From assembly GCA_035193785.1 (NCBI GenBank), contig CP136572.1, positions 4,468,578 through 4,532,577 on the forward strand: a DNA stretch of 64,000 nucleotides, in the 5' to 3' direction. Every line of letters begins with the position of its first letter. Positions within the stretch are counted from its first letter, which is position 1. Of this stretch, positions 46,171-58,596 are shown piece by piece. Made by a program: the position numbers and the translations under genes. This DNA is from Planktothrix sp. GU0601_MAG3. GTDB taxonomy: Bacteria; Cyanobacteriota; Cyanobacteriia; Cyanobacteriales; Microcoleaceae. The notes below the pieces were generated by a model, which had not been told where the DNA came from, did not search any database, and was given only the letters and a program-made list of their open reading frames with translations.

Positions 46171-47194
46171 CTAAGAGCGCATACTTTTCTTTTTCTCAGC
46201 TTTCAAATCTCGATTACTAGAAGCCGCAATTTCAGCATCGAGTAAGGTTCGACCCGTGGCGGCTAAATAAACATCATCTAAACTAGGTCGAGATTGGGCA
46301 ATTCCAAAGGTAGGTAAACCCGCATCTTTTAAAGCCTGTTGAATCGTAAATAAAGCATCACTTTGAGTTTGAACTACTAAATTTAAAGAATTACCTTGAG
46401 CCGGATTAATAATAATCTCCTGTACAAAAGGCAAGGATTGTAATAGGGCTTTAGCTTTTTCGGCTTCTTCAACTGGGGAAAATTCTCTAATTCTGAGGGT
46501 AATGCGATCGCCTCCAAGTTGATCTTTTAAAGCGGAAGGAGTACCCAGGGCAATCACTAATCCTTGATCAATAATAGCTACCCGGTCGGCTAAAGCATCC
46601 ACTTCCTCTAAATAGTGGCTAGTAATTAAAATTGTTGTGCCATTTTTTCGTAATTGACGCAAAAAATCCCAGACCACCACCCGACTTTCAATATCTAAAC
46701 CCACGGTAGGTTCATCTAATACTAATAAATCCGGTTGATGGAGTAAACCCGCAGCTAAATCTAAACGCTTACGAATCCCCCCGGAATAGGTTTCCGGTTT
46801 TTTGATCAATCCAATCCTGTAATCCTAATAAATTCGTCACTTGATGAATGCGTTCGGCAATATTAGGGCGGGGGATATGATAGAGAGCCGCCTGTAATTG
46901 TAATAACTCCCGTCCGGTTAAGACCTTATCTAAGGCGACCTCCTGGGCCACATAACCGAGGCGTTGACGAACGAGCCGGGGTTGATCGACCACAGAAATA
47001 CCAGAAACCTCTAAACGCCCAGCATCGGGGGTAATTAAGGTACACAAAGCCCGTAGGGTTGTGGTTTTTCCGGCTCCATTTGGCCCAAGTAAACCAAAGA
47101 TTTCCCCCGGTTGGACATCAAGAGAGACATCTTGAACGGCAGTTACCAAACCATAGGATTTTTTTAGATTTTGAATCAGAACAGCAGGAATCAT
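46171..47194 (-). CDS. ABC transporter ATP-binding protein, DrrA-like (frameshift at 46790-46794)
   Basis: GPNGAGKTT, YSGG, LDEPTVGLD, SHYLEE. Confidence 0.9.
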
Positions 47195-47264
47195 AGTCAA
47201 CGCTTAAATAATCAACTACCTTAACACTTATTAACAATTTGTGATGATGACTGATCCTGGGTTT

Positions 47265-48015
47265 TTACGGGTTGGTCACTGAGGGTTGGGGCTGTGACCA
47301 GGCTTTATGGGAAAGCAGGGCTTCGATGACTCTGACACCCCGTAATTGATTAGATAGGGGAAGATGACCCTTGGGGGCGGTTAAATCCCAGGTAAATCCT
47401 TGGGGGTAGCGTGTCCAATTGCGACCTTCACGCCAGCCAATTTTAGGCCATAATTTATCCCAATTTTTATTAACGCCCAACCAAAGTTCTCGCTGGACAG
47501 AATAGCCAAATTTACCTTCGGAATGGATGCGCCAAAGGGTATCAATTGTTTTTAAATCTGTGATGGGGAAGCGTTCAATTTCAGAAAAATACAGCCATTT
47601 TCGTTGTACCGCCGAACTTCCGGCTAATTCACAAAGTTTTTGGATACTTAATTTATCCGCTTCTAAAAAATCCTGTTGGGCGAGTAAGGTTTGTAGGGGG
47701 ATATAGTCAATGCCCACATCGGAGGTTAGGGGAAACAATACCCGTCGGGAAATGAAGTTTTAAAAAATTACTCACTTTTTCAGAAGTGGGAATCGCCCGA
47801 TAGAGAATTTGATAAACCTTACCACTAACTAGACTTGGGGGGGTGGACTGTTGTTTTAATAAAAATTCCGTTAACACCTCCCAAACCGTTTCCCCACCTT
47901 GGGTTAAGGTTTCTAATAGTTGGAATTGAGCCTTGGACGAGGCACTAAAAAGCCCGGAGCGCAATTCATCGGCACTCATAGCATTTTGTTGGGGGGAAGT
48001 GGTCAGGTCAGTCAT
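47265..48015 (-). CDS. gun4: GUN4/Ycf53 porphyrin-binding protein (frameshift at 47732-47736)
   Basis: [41 protein letters not shown]. Confidence 0.88.
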
Positions 48016-48096
48016 AGGGGGCGTGGCATTGGGTAATTAGGAATGAGTCTGGAATTCTTAATATCGACTTTTTATTGTACAAGGAGCGGGCAATAG

Positions 48097-48585
48097 TTAA
48101 CCGTTGAGAATCCGTTGAATCAGGGCACTGGTGGAGGAGGGGACTTCAATATGAATGAAGGCAACTTCACCCCCATAGACTTGTACAATCGGGGCTTCTG
48201 GCAGGGTTTCTAGGGTGTAGTCTCCCCCCTTGACATAAATATCAGGTTTTAGGGTTTGAATGAGATGATCGGCGGTGGTTTCAGAAAAAATAACTACCCC
48301 ATCGATAGGCTTGAGACTCGCGAGGACTTCAGCCCGTTGTGCTTCGGGGACGATGGGGCGCCGGGGATGTCCGGGTTTTTGCGGTTTAATCGTTTGCACG
48401 GATACATCGCTATTTAATCCGACCACCAGTGATCGCCCTAATGCCTTAGCTGCCTGTAAATAGCGAACATGACCCGCATGAATTAAATCAAAACAGCCAT
48501 TGGTAAAAACCAGGGGACGCCATCGTTGAGGATTCAAGGCGATGTCTTCTTGTAATTCGGTTAGGGTGTAAAGATAAGCAGTCAT
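48097..48585 (-). CDS. RfaE domain II-type heptose-1-phosphate adenylyltransferase
   Basis: FTNGCFDLIHAGH, VGLNSD, YVKGGDY, SSTS. Confidence 0.88.
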   Translation of the reverse strand: MTAYLYTLTELQEDIALNPQRWRPLVFTNGCFDLIHAGHVRYLQAAKALGRSLVVGLNSDVSVQTIKPQKPGHPRRPIVPEAQRAEVLASLKPIDGVVIFSETTADHLIQTLKPDIYVKGGDYTLETLPEAPIVQVYGGEVAFIHIEVPSSTSALIQRILNG

Positions 48586-48994
48586 TCCAGTTTGATTGGG
48601 GAGGGAGAATTTATTGTAGAAGTCCGTTTGGGTATGTCCTACCCTATAGTTTAAAACTGATAAAACTTGGTTTCTGGTGTACCTGTTGCTCAGAGTTTTT
48701 ACTTAAACAAGCAATTTGGCGTCCAGAACCCCATAACCATAGTTTTCAAGGCGCACTGTCTTCCGACGACTGGGTTTTACTTAAAGATAGGTTGATTACC
48801 CTAAACTATAGCAATCCAGATGCTAACATACAAATAAAAAGTTGCCCTAGAAGGGCAAAACTTTAAACCCAAATCTCTGGTAACGTTTGTTGATCTTAAT
48901 CTCAAATATTTCTAAACCAGCCCTACAAACTTAGGGTTAGAGAAAATATCAACAGGCCCAAATCAAGATCATAACTTAGTTTACGGATCATTCA

Positions 48995-49829
48995 ATGAAA
49001 GCTACTTCTAGCCGTCAATTTTCTTCTACAACCTCTCTCATCCTGAAACTGGTTGGAGTTATTTTAATTTTCTCGTCCCTAGTGGATTTTCTGGTAATTT
49101 TGATTCCGCCCAATTTTCTCAACCGAGGCTGGCAAATTAGCGTCACCAGTGATTTAGTAGATCGGGGTATTGTCCCGATGGTGGGCATGGCCCTAGTTTT
49201 TATTGCTTTTTGGATGGATGCTGCTACCGAGGGGAATGTCAAGCCGGCTAAACCCTTTGCCAGTTTAAGATTTTGGGTGGCATTGCTGGCGAGTTTATTG
49301 GGGTTATTGTATCTTTTACTATTTCCTTTGCACCTCAATAATACCCGTTTAGCTAGAGCCGAAGCCCTCGCAGAAATTAGCCAACAGGCGACTCAAGCTC
49401 AAACTCAACTGGAAAATCAACTGGGAAGTCCCCAATTTCAGCAGCAAATTCAACAGAAAAAAACTCAGCTTAAAGATCAACTGGCGGGGTTAGCACAAAA
49501 TCCCGAAGCTATGAATCAAGCCCTGGCAAATCCGGGTTTACCACCGGAAGTTAGACAAATCTTAGAACAGTCTAAATCGAATCCCAAGGCTGTTGAGGAG
49601 TTTTTGAATCAACAGGCGGATAATTTACCTACACAATTGTTAGGTCAAATTCGCGATCGCAAACAAGAAACTAGAAACCCAAGCCAAAACTCAATCCTTA
49701 AAATCGAGTTTGAGAACAGGAATTAGTAGTTTATTATTAGCGATTGGTTATATTACCTTGGGTTGGACAGGACTCAAAGGTTTAGGGATTTTACGCGGTG
49801 GAAATCGTCGCAAAACACCAGCCACATAA
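48995..49829 (+). CDS. hpsJ: HpsJ-family membrane protein (frameshift at 49667-49671)
   Basis: LVDRGIVPMVG, PLHLNN, Gln-rich coiled coil, C-terminal GYITLGWTGL. Confidence 0.7.
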
Positions 49830-49920
49830 CAGTTATCAGTCATCAGTTATCAGTCATCAGTTATTAGTTTATTCCCCATTCATAATTACCTATTCCCTGT
49901 CATAACTTTAATTATCCTTC

Positions 49921-50826
49921 ATGTTTTCAATTTATATTCTCACGGCAAACGAAGAAATTGATATTGCGGATTGTATTGAATCTGCATCATTGTCAGATGA
50001 TGTGATTGTGGTGGATTCTTTTAGTCAAGATCGCACCGTTGAAATTGCTCAACAATATCCTGTGCGGGTGTTCCAAAATCGTTTTGAAAGTCACGGAAAA
50101 CAACGCACCTGGATGTTAAAAGAAATTCCCACAAAACACGATTGGGTCTACATTTTAGAAGCCGATGAACGGATGACTCCTGCATTATTTGCAGAATGTT
50201 TGCAAGGGATTCAAAGCCCGGATTACATTGGATATTATGTGGCTGAAAGGGTCATGTTTTTAGGGAATTGGATTCGACGCAGTACCCAATATCCTCGTTA
50301 TCAAATGCGTCTGTTTCGCAAGGATAAAGTTTGGTTTACCGATTATGGTCATACGGAACGGGAAGTCTGTGATGGCCCGACGGGATTTATTCGAGAAACC
50401 TATCCCCATTACACCTGTAGTAAGGGGTTATCCCGTTGGATTGATAAACACAATCGTTACTCAACGGATGAAGCAGTAGAAACCCTGCGACAGTTACAGA
50501 CTGGAACAGTAAATTGGAGGCATTTATTATTAGGAAGTTCGGAAGTTGAACGACGACGAGCCCTAAAAGATTTGTCCCTACGTTTACCATTTAGACCTCT
50601 GATTCGCTTTATTTATATGTACTTTTTCTTGGGGGGAATTTTAGACGGTCGTTCGGGGTTTTCCTGGTGTGTTTTACAGGCATTCTATGAATATTTGATC
50701 CTCCTTAAAGTTTGGGAAGTTAAAAATTCTCCCCAACTGTATAATCTGGTTTTAGAGACTTCAGAAAAATCAGAAAAAGTCGAGTCCCAGAAATTTATAT
50801 CCAATCTGGGAACCTCAGACTCTTAG
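49921..50826 (+). CDS. GT2 glycosyltransferase
   Basis: VVDS.S.DRT, LEADER, W..KHNRYST.EA. Confidence 0.88.
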   Translation: MFSIYILTANEEIDIADCIESASLSDDVIVVDSFSQDRTVEIAQQYPVRVFQNRFESHGKQRTWMLKEIPTKHDWVYILEADERMTPALFAECLQGIQSPDYIGYYVAERVMFLGNWIRRSTQYPRYQMRLFRKDKVWFTDYGHTEREVCDGPTGFIRETYPHYTCSKGLSRWIDKHNRYSTDEAVETLRQLQTGTVNWRHLLLGSSEVERRRALKDLSLRLPFRPLIRFIYMYFFLGGILDGRSGFSWCVLQAFYEYLILLKVWEVKNSPQLYNLVLETSEKSEKVESQKFISNLGTSDS

Positions 50827-50857
50827 TTTTTATTTCATGCTTCAGGGTGTTTTTATT

Positions 50858-52607
50858 TCAGGAACTTACCAGGGCTTTCATTTCCGATTCTCCAGCTTTT
50901 TTTAATAACCGAGTTAGTTGTATATTGCACAGGATAATCATTAATCCTTGACCGACAAAACTGCTGATAATTGAGGACGATGTAGCCGCAGAAATCGAGA
51001 TAAAAGATAAGACAGACCAGAGAAAAAATGAATATTGAGAGGAATAAATCAAATTCATAAATAATGGGGGTATAATTATCGCTCCTAATACCGTACTCGT
51101 TGCCCAGAAGGTTCGTTTTTGTGTTTTTATCATTGTCATTAATTGAGCGATACTGGCACATAGCAGCATAAAACTACAATGTAAGGCAACAGCTAACAAC
51201 ATTTCAATTTTTTCCGAGGGTTTAGCAACTAGAAAAATCATTACTATCCAAATTGTAGAGGCAATTAAAAGATTAATCAGAATTGCCACAATTGCCGGAC
51301 TTTTTTCACCCCAAATTAAATCACTTCCTAAATCTATCCACCAATATTGTTTCCGTTCCTGTCTATATCGTGCCCAATCGTGTAAGGTTTGCCGTTGAGC
51401 AGACAGAGCTAAAATTAAAGCTAAAATCAGAAAAATATTACCGATGAAAATAGTCCCATAATGACCATCAATTACTTCAAATTTAGGGAGAGAAAACCCT
51501 AAATTCATCAGCGTAAAGTTAAGGGTTAATAGATAACTCTGTTGTTTACTTAAACTGGGAAGATTGGGATGCTGATAGTTCCGTTTTAAGGCTTGCCAAA
51601 TCCAATAGGTTAAAAAACCATAATTAAGTAAGGCTAATGCTAAGAGGGAAACTCCATGGGTTCCCACATTTAATCCAAACCATTGTAATTGACTAATATT
51701 GGAATGATTGAAGGGATAATTTAAGTAAGGGTCTGTGGTTTCGTCAATTAAATGGCGAAGCAGACAGGTGGGAGAAAATATATTCAGCCAATCCCAACCT
51801 TCATTGATAATGGGTTTAAAGTTAGCTATCAATAGAAAACTTAAAATTATCCCACTACCAATCAAAGATTGTAACCCATTAAACAAAGCACTGGTAGTAA
51901 CTCCAACTAACAAAGCCAGACTATAGAAAAATGCACAACTAGCTACGGTTAAACCATAGAAACCACCAATTTCTAGCAGGGAAATATGAGCCGAAATTCC
52001 TGCCCATAAATGAAAAGGAATTGCCAGGAAAATTCCCAGATATAATAAACTGGGTACACCCAATAATTTACCGATTAAAATACTCTGAGCCGATTGGGGA
52101 CTTAACCGAATAAAGTTTAGGGTTCCTCGCCGTTCTTCGGTGGCTAAATCGTTAATTAGCATATAGGTTTCCCAGAACAATTAAGCCAAAAACTGCTAGA
52201 ACACTAATCCAGATAAAAATGCTTGTCGAATAGTCTGTAAACCAACGGTGAAAATCAATTGAATTCTGGGGACAGACGGCATTTCTGATTTTGTCGAGGT
52301 CTTGCAGTTGTTTTTCTAAATCGGGACGTTTTCCGGCATTACCTAGGGCATTAATTTGATCATAAATCTTCCAGTATTGTGTCTCGGATTGAGTATATAG
52401 TTGGTTTTTGGAGGGACAGTATGGGCTGCTAATTATAATTTGATTAGCACCAGGAAATTGATTCAGGTGACTCAAAAATATCGTCAGTTGGGTAAGGAGA
52501 GAAATTCCAATGGCTATGAGAATATTGCGAACTTGAAATCGACCTTTTAATTCTCTCACCAGTTGGGGATTCCACTCATTAAATCGAGGTAAATACAGAC
52601 GTTTCAT
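50858..52607 (-). CDS. ABC transporter permease-like membrane protein (frameshift at 52167-52171)
   Basis: WNPQLVRELKGR, EERRGTLNFIRLSPQS...GKLLGVP; follows an ABC ATPase. Confidence 0.75.
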
Positions 52608-52647
52608 AACTCTTTATTCCTAGATTAAATTGACGGGATTAGGTATT

Positions 52648-53599
52648 TTAAGAGGCTTGTTTGTGTCCGAGTTTTAAGAAAATAGATTCTAAGTTTTCTT
52701 GAACTCGATTAAATTCACTTAAGGGAATTTCGGCAGAAATCAGCGATCGCAATAATATTGCGGCATCTTTTTCTGTCCCTGAAAATTGAACTTTTACCTG
52801 TTGTTTTCCGGGTAAAACTTCCCAACTATCCACCGCCGGATGATTTTTTAATTCCCCGATCAGTATATCCATTTTACCCAAAGTCGAAATAAAAAGATGC
52901 TGCACACTCAAACGTTTATACAAGTCTTGTATTGATGCACTTTCCACCAGATACCCCAATTCCATAATCCCAATATAACTACAAAAATCCTCCAAGTCAC
53001 TCAAGACATGGGAAGAAATCACAATAGTCATTCCCGCTTCATGTAAACTTTTAATAATCTCTCGAAATTGCATCCGGGCAATCGGATCTAAACCGGATAC
53101 GGGTTCATCGAGAAAGAGTAATAAGGGTTCATGAATAATGGTGCGTCCTAAACTCAATCGTTGTTTCATTCCCCGGGAAAGGGTGGAAATTAAACTATTG
53201 CGTTTTTGGGTTAACTGCACGATTTCCAAGACTTCATATAATCTTTGAGTCCGTCGAGGTTTCCCGCAGATAATATAACCGGGCAAAGTAATCTAAATAA
53301 TCCCAAACAGTCAAATCATTATAGAGAGGAAAATCATCGGGTAAATATCCTAAACGTTGTTTAATTTTAGGATTGGTATGATCCCGGGATACCGCCTCTC
53401 CATTAATATAAATCTCCCCTTTTGTGGGTTCTTCTATGGTAGCCAACATCCGCAATAATGTAGTTTTTCCGGCTCCATTTGGCCCGATTAATCCATAGAC
53501 TTCTCCCATGGGAATTTGTAAATCTAAATCATTAACTGCTAGATAGCGTTCAAATCTTTTTGTCAGTCCACGGGTTTGAATTGCAAGTTCTTTCGCCAT
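52648..53599 (-). CDS. ABC transporter ATP-binding protein (frameshift at 53259-53263)
   Basis: GPNGAGKTT, LSRGMKQR, LDEPVSGLDP, SSHVL. Confidence 0.9.
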
Positions 53600-53741
53600 A
53601 TAAATATAGGAAGAATTGAGTTTTAAGTTTTAACTTAGATTCCCTCTACAAATCACTCTAACCGATTTACGGAAATAAAAAGTATCCGTAGAGACGAGCC
53701 ACGGCGCGTCTCTCTATTTCTACTCTTTACCAAACCATGAA

Positions 53742-54333
53742 TTATTGAACCTGAGCACCATGGGAACGGGGATCACTGCTGCTGGGTTTATCTAAGGTTA
53801 GGGGAGAATTAAAAGCAGAAACTTGACCAATTGCTTGGGTATAGGGAAGGGGATTTTCTGCGATTAAAGACTCTAAATTAGCCTCTAAAATCGGGCGGGG
53901 AATTTCGCCGATGGTTTGGGCAATTGTTTCGGATTTTTGATTCAAATAAACGAAATGGGGAATGCCATCGACTCTATATTTGAGGAGTTCGGGTAGCCAT
54001 TTACTATTATCAACATTCAACATCACAAAATTGAGTTGTTCCGAATATTTATGTTTGATTTCGCTTAATTCTGGTGCCATGGTTTGACAACTGGTACACC
54101 AATTTGCATAAAATTCCATGAGGGTCGGTTTGCCATTATTCAAGGCGATATCTAGGGGAATTGATTCTTCTACGAGTTGGGGGAGGGAAGTGGTAGTGGC
54201 TTCGCTACGAATTCCTACGAAAACCGAGAGACTTAGAATGATAGCTGCGATGATGATTAAAAAGTTTCTGATTCGTTTGGCTAAATCAGAAGGTTTCGGT
54301 TGAGGGGGTTGAATGTATTGGGTTTTCGTTCAT
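53742..54333 (-). CDS. txlA: Thylakoid thioredoxin-like protein TxlA/HCF164 (frameshift at 54293-54297)
   Basis: N-terminal TM helix, EFYANWCTSC, MLNVDN.KW, VDGIPHF, DPRSHG. Confidence 0.8.
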
Positions 54334-54531
54334 GTTGATATCGTTAAAGATGATCATTATTATTGATGATTTTAGTTTAACAAAATTTTTAAAAAAAATT
54401 ATTAACGTTCTTCTGAAAATTGTTGTAAAATAGAAAGGTCAATGAAATATAAAAGGAATAAAATTCTGTGGTGCAATACCAAGCCATCCTAAAATGGACT
54501 ATGGGACAGGAATAAATTTAGGATTAATAAC

Positions 54532-54936
54532 ATGAAAAAACGAGTGACGTTGACATTTCCCAAACGTTCTATTCAAATGCCGATTACCTATCGTTTGGCG
54601 AAGGATTTTAATGTAGCTGCTAATATTATTCGCGCTCAAGTTGCTCCGAATCAAGTCGGAAAATTAGTGGTAGAATTATCGGGAGATATTGATGAACTAG
54701 AGGCTGCTATTGAGTGGATGCAAACTCAAAATATTGGAGTTTCTTTAGTTGGACGGGAGATTATCATTGATGAGCAAAGTTGTGTGGATTGTGGGCTCTG
54801 TACTGGAGTTTGTCCGACGGATGCCTTAACCCTAAATCCAGAAACCTTTTATTTGACCTTTACTCGCTCACGGTGTATTGTTTGTGAACAATGTATTCCG
54901 ACCTGTCCCCTTCAGGCAATTTCTACTAATCTTTGA
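54532..54936 (+). CDS. NIL domain + 2x[4Fe-4S] ferredoxin
   Basis: NIIRA, CVDCGLCTGVCP, CIVCEQCIPTCP. Confidence 0.9.
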   Translation: MKKRVTLTFPKRSIQMPITYRLAKDFNVAANIIRAQVAPNQVGKLVVELSGDIDELEAAIEWMQTQNIGVSLVGREIIIDEQSCVDCGLCTGVCPTDALTLNPETFYLTFTRSRCIVCEQCIPTCPLQAISTNL

Positions 54937-54980
54937 AGGGAAATTGAATCTAAAAATTTATTTTTTATCCTAATCTTTCA

Positions 54981-55490
54981 ATGAAATTACAACAAGAAAC
55001 TACAATTATTACTTGGTTTTCCTTTGGATTACTTCTCTTGACCTGTCTGAATTTTGGTTGGTTTTTATTTGAATCGAGTTGGTATTCTTTAGTTTCCGGT
55101 CTATTTTTAGCGTTGATTTGGTTAATTGATTTATTCTTTACCCTACCATTAAATCGACTTAATTCATTAGTTGTAAAGAAAATCAGAACGGATTTAGGAA
55201 CATTTTTAATGATTGTGTTCATCTCTGTTCTGGGTGTATTTATGCTGACTTGGATTAAGGTTTCTGTTAATATTCTATTAATGGTTTCTGCGACAGCTTT
55301 AGCTAGATTAGAGTTACAAACTGCCCGATTTAAGGATTGGCACTCTTTTATTATTTTATCGATATTATCTACCCTGGGTTTAATATTAGGATGGGGATTA
55401 AATCACTATTTTTCCTTCGGACATTTGGAATCACAATTTTGTTTACCCTTTCATTTAGGATGTATTGATATTCCCTATCGTGATAGGTAA
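54981..55490 (+). CDS. Hypothetical membrane protein
   Basis: Several TM helices, LARLELQ motif. Confidence 0.7.
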   Translation: MKLQQETTIITWFSFGLLLLTCLNFGWFLFESSWYSLVSGLFLALIWLIDLFFTLPLNRLNSLVVKKIRTDLGTFLMIVFISVLGVFMLTWIKVSVNILLMVSATALARLELQTARFKDWHSFIILSILSTLGLILGWGLNHYFSFGHLESQFCLPFHLGCIDIPYRDR

Positions 55491-55617
55491 TGGGGAATGG
55501 GTAATGGGTAATGGGTAATGGGTAATGGGTAATGGGTAATGGGTAATGGGTAATGGGTAATGGGTAATGGGTAATGGGTAATGGGTAATGGGTAATGGGT
55601 AATGGGTAATGGGTAAT
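55486..55617. repeat. STRR heptamer tract (GGTAATG) x ~19, followed by a TAACTGA tract and a GTAG REP pair
   Basis: Read directly. Confidence 0.95.
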
Positions 55618-55729
55618 AGACTGATGACTGATAACTGATAACTGGTAAGGGCGGGTTTCTTTTAGATATTTGTTAATCACCGCGCATCTCGATAAACCCG
55701 CCCCTACAAATTGTGACTGAATTAACCGA

Positions 55730-56269
55730 TTATTTTAAATCTAATAATCCACTGGTTTTTAATTTAGGATTAAAGCGAATTTCCTCTTGTAATCCTCGGG
55801 CTTTGAGTTCAGATAAAATCTGTTCTTCTACACGACGGGCGGCTTGTTTTAACAGTTTTTCTTTACCTATGTCATCGGTTTTTTGATACTGATCTTGTTC
55901 TTCTGGGGTCATAAAAGGTCTAACTTGAATTGGATCATTCCAGAGAGATTTATCTTCCCCATTTCCGAGAGGAATTGAACCATTTTCATCAATCCAAGCC
56001 TTTTGAATCTCTTCTAAAATAGTTCGACTCGGACGTTCAATGGTTTGTAACTTTAACCAATAACAGTCTTGATTTTGACGAATAAAATGTTGTTTTAAGC
56101 TAAAATATATATTTCGAGAATAGCCAACATATTTTAAGTTTTTTTCCTGATTAAAAATAGCATAAACTCCGATTTCACCTTGGAGTGATTCAGGAATTTT
56201 ACCATTTTCATCCAGATAGGAAATATAGTCTAAACTATTAAGAGAAGGAATTTCAGTTGGAGTAGTCAT
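55730..56269 (-). CDS. GIY-YIG-like domain protein
   Basis: GVYAIF...YVGYSR...SLKQH. Confidence 0.75.
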   Translation of the reverse strand: MTTPTEIPSLNSLDYISYLDENGKIPESLQGEIGVYAIFNQEKNLKYVGYSRNIYFSLKQHFIRQNQDCYWLKLQTIERPSRTILEEIQKAWIDENGSIPLGNGEDKSLWNDPIQVRPFMTPEEQDQYQKTDDIGKEKLLKQAARRVEEQILSELKARGLQEEIRFNPKLKTSGLLDLK

Positions 56270-56455
56270 TGATCCCAAAAATGCTTTTTCACTGATTTTA
56301 AAGGTATTGGTGTCGATTTCTCAAAATTGGATACTAAAGTTTTATTAAGCCAAGCTCAATATTCAGGTTTCCCTCAGAATATTTGAACCAGTTTAAGGAT
56401 TATTGTGGAATTTGAGTTAGCATAACTCTATGATTGTATTAAGTCAGCCACGACC

Positions 56456-57119
56456 ATGCAGAATAGTACAGAAGAATTATCAAAACCGTCGCGCCAGCCT
56501 GTCGGTGGATGGCAGTTAGCCGAGTATGTTTCTATTGCCGGGACAGCAGTGGGAACACTCGTTGCTGCATGGTATCAGCCTATTCTGTTTGCTGGAAACG
56601 CCCCTAACCTTTGCCTTGATTTTAAATGTGGTGAATCGCCAACGGTTTGAACAGGATATGCGTCAAACGATGGATGCGGCGATTACGGATGTTCGGACGG
56701 TGGTGGAATCGCTGGATCAACAAATTCAACTGTTACCCTCGGAGTCCCAGGAACTTGATCCAATTACGGATGTCCTAACGGAGTTACAACGGGTGACTCA
56801 AGGGTTAGAAAAAAATGCCCTGCGACAAGACGATTGGGAAGTGATGAATGTGCGCTTTCAGTTAATGCAAGAAACAATTGATGAATTGAAAACATCAATC
56901 GAGAACTCTGGGCTTAATTTTGAAAAAAACGATCAAGAATCTTTAAACACAACTTTAGAGGCATTTGTCAATCAGTCAATTACTGATTCAGCAACTATGC
57001 AAATACAAATCGATCAGCTTTCTGAACGGGTTAATACCTTACAAACGGAACAGCAAACCGTGATTAAACCCTATATTAAACGCTTAGTTAATGCGGTTAA
57101 GGAGTTAAAGAATCGTTGA
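56456..57119 (+). CDS. Hypothetical TM + coiled-coil protein (frameshift at 56595-56599)
   Basis: AEYVSIAG..VGT, PLTFALILN.VNRQR, coiled coil. Confidence 0.7.
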
Positions 57120-57186
57120 ATTTTAATCCTATCCCCCCTTTTTTATGGGGTTTAGGGGGGATTATTGGGGGAAAATATTAAGGGAT

Positions 57187-58203
57187 TTATCGATATTCGT
57201 CACCACAATCGCCAATTATTTCCATCAAATCACGGGCTGGGGAAAGAACGGAATTAATATTTTGATAATCTTCGGGGTCGAGACTAAATTCAAAGACCTT
57301 AGCATTATCTTTGATATGGTCAGAAAGCCCTAATCTCGTACCCACCATGGTTCCGGCTACGGTGGGTTGTTCTAGGATATAACGCACTGCAATATTAGGA
57401 ATTGTCACTTGATGTTTTTGGGCGATCGCCTCTAAAGTTTTTAATAGGGTTTGAAATAAATTCCATCCTCCCCAAGCATCAATCATATTTTTATATTTTT
57501 TCAAGCTAACGGTTTCTAAACTAAAGCCATTCGGTTCGGATTTCCCCAAATATTTTTCCGATAAAAAACCGCCACAAACCACACCATAGGGAAGTAACTT
57601 AATATTATGGGCTTGACAAAATTCGGTCATTTTAGCTAAAGGACGGCGATCAACTAAAGAAAACTGCACTTGATTAGATACAATTTTAATCCCATTTCCA
57701 ACAATAATTTTTAAGTGTTGGGTATCAAAATTGGTTAACGCTAAATGTTTAATCTTACCTTCGGTTTGCAGTTGCGCCAAATAATTTAAAGCATCTAAAT
57801 AATTTTGATCTCGATAATCCCACCAATGAAATTGTAGTAAATCGAGACAATCAACTCCCATGCGTTGGCGAGAAATATCAATATTTTTTTCCACCAAGGC
57901 TTTGGTCATTTTACCCCCACGGGGAACCCATTTTGTAAAGGCTTGCACCTGGGATAAAGCCTCCTGTCCCCGGGTGGCCATTAATTGTCGTCTAAATTCC
58001 CCAATAAAATCCTCGGCTGGGCCATAATGATCGGCTAGATCCCAAGTGGTATATCCGGCGTCTAGGTATTTAAACATACTCTCAATTGCAACAGTGGGAT
58101 TAATCCGACCATGGGCACCGGAGACCTGCCACATTCCGTTTAAAATACGACAAATATTCAAATCTTCTGTAAATTGAAAACGACTAGAATCGGGAAGTTT
58201 CAT
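57187..58203 (-). CDS. Aldo/keto reductase
   Basis: GMWQVSG.HG, D.ADHYGPAE, LDLLQFHWWDY, GDCGDEYR. Confidence 0.9.
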   Translation of the reverse strand: MKLPDSSRFQFTEDLNICRILNGMWQVSGAHGRINPTVAIESMFKYLDAGYTTWDLADHYGPAEDFIGEFRRQLMATRGQEALSQVQAFTKWVPRGGKMTKALVEKNIDISRQRMGVDCLDLLQFHWWDYRDQNYLDALNYLAQLQTEGKIKHLALTNFDTQHLKIIVGNGIKIVSNQVQFSLVDRRPLAKMTEFCQAHNIKLLPYGVVCGGFLSEKYLGKSEPNGFSLETVSLKKYKNMIDAWGGWNLFQTLLKTLEAIAQKHQVTIPNIAVRYILEQPTVAGTMVGTRLGLSDHIKDNAKVFEFSLDPEDYQNINSVLSPARDLMEIIGDCGDEYR

Positions 58204-58596
58204 GGGTTCTTTTGTTTAAACTAAATAGTGATCAATATAACATGAATAACAGAAGGTTTAACTCTAAAGATCTATAAAGTAGCATGACAATTTGATGAAT
58301 TTAAGCCACAATAGAATTTATCACTGTATATTTATTGAGTCCCCTTCCCAAAATAAGCAGTTACGGGAAATAAAATTAATTGTTATGGTTTTGAGCAAAA
58401 AATTGTTTCAGACAACTATGAACTCTAGTTTGTTATCGGAAGCCGAAACTACGGGCTATTTTTGCGGCTATGCCCTAGTCTTGAGCATTTCATTCAAAGT
58501 TAATATCTTAATATTAAATACCTTGATCCGGGTGACCAGAAGCACAGCCTCATAACTATCCCCTAATCTCCCATTCCTGATTTTACTGTGATCTTA

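Noticed and set aside
55369..55680. ORF with PITHYPL repeats
   Set aside because: Translation of the GGTAATG STRR tract, antisense to a real gene.
58292..58555. Short ORFs such as 58292-58555, 33849-34049 and antisense ORFs over real genes
   Set aside because: No recognisable motifs or RBS; they overlap repeats or better-supported genes.
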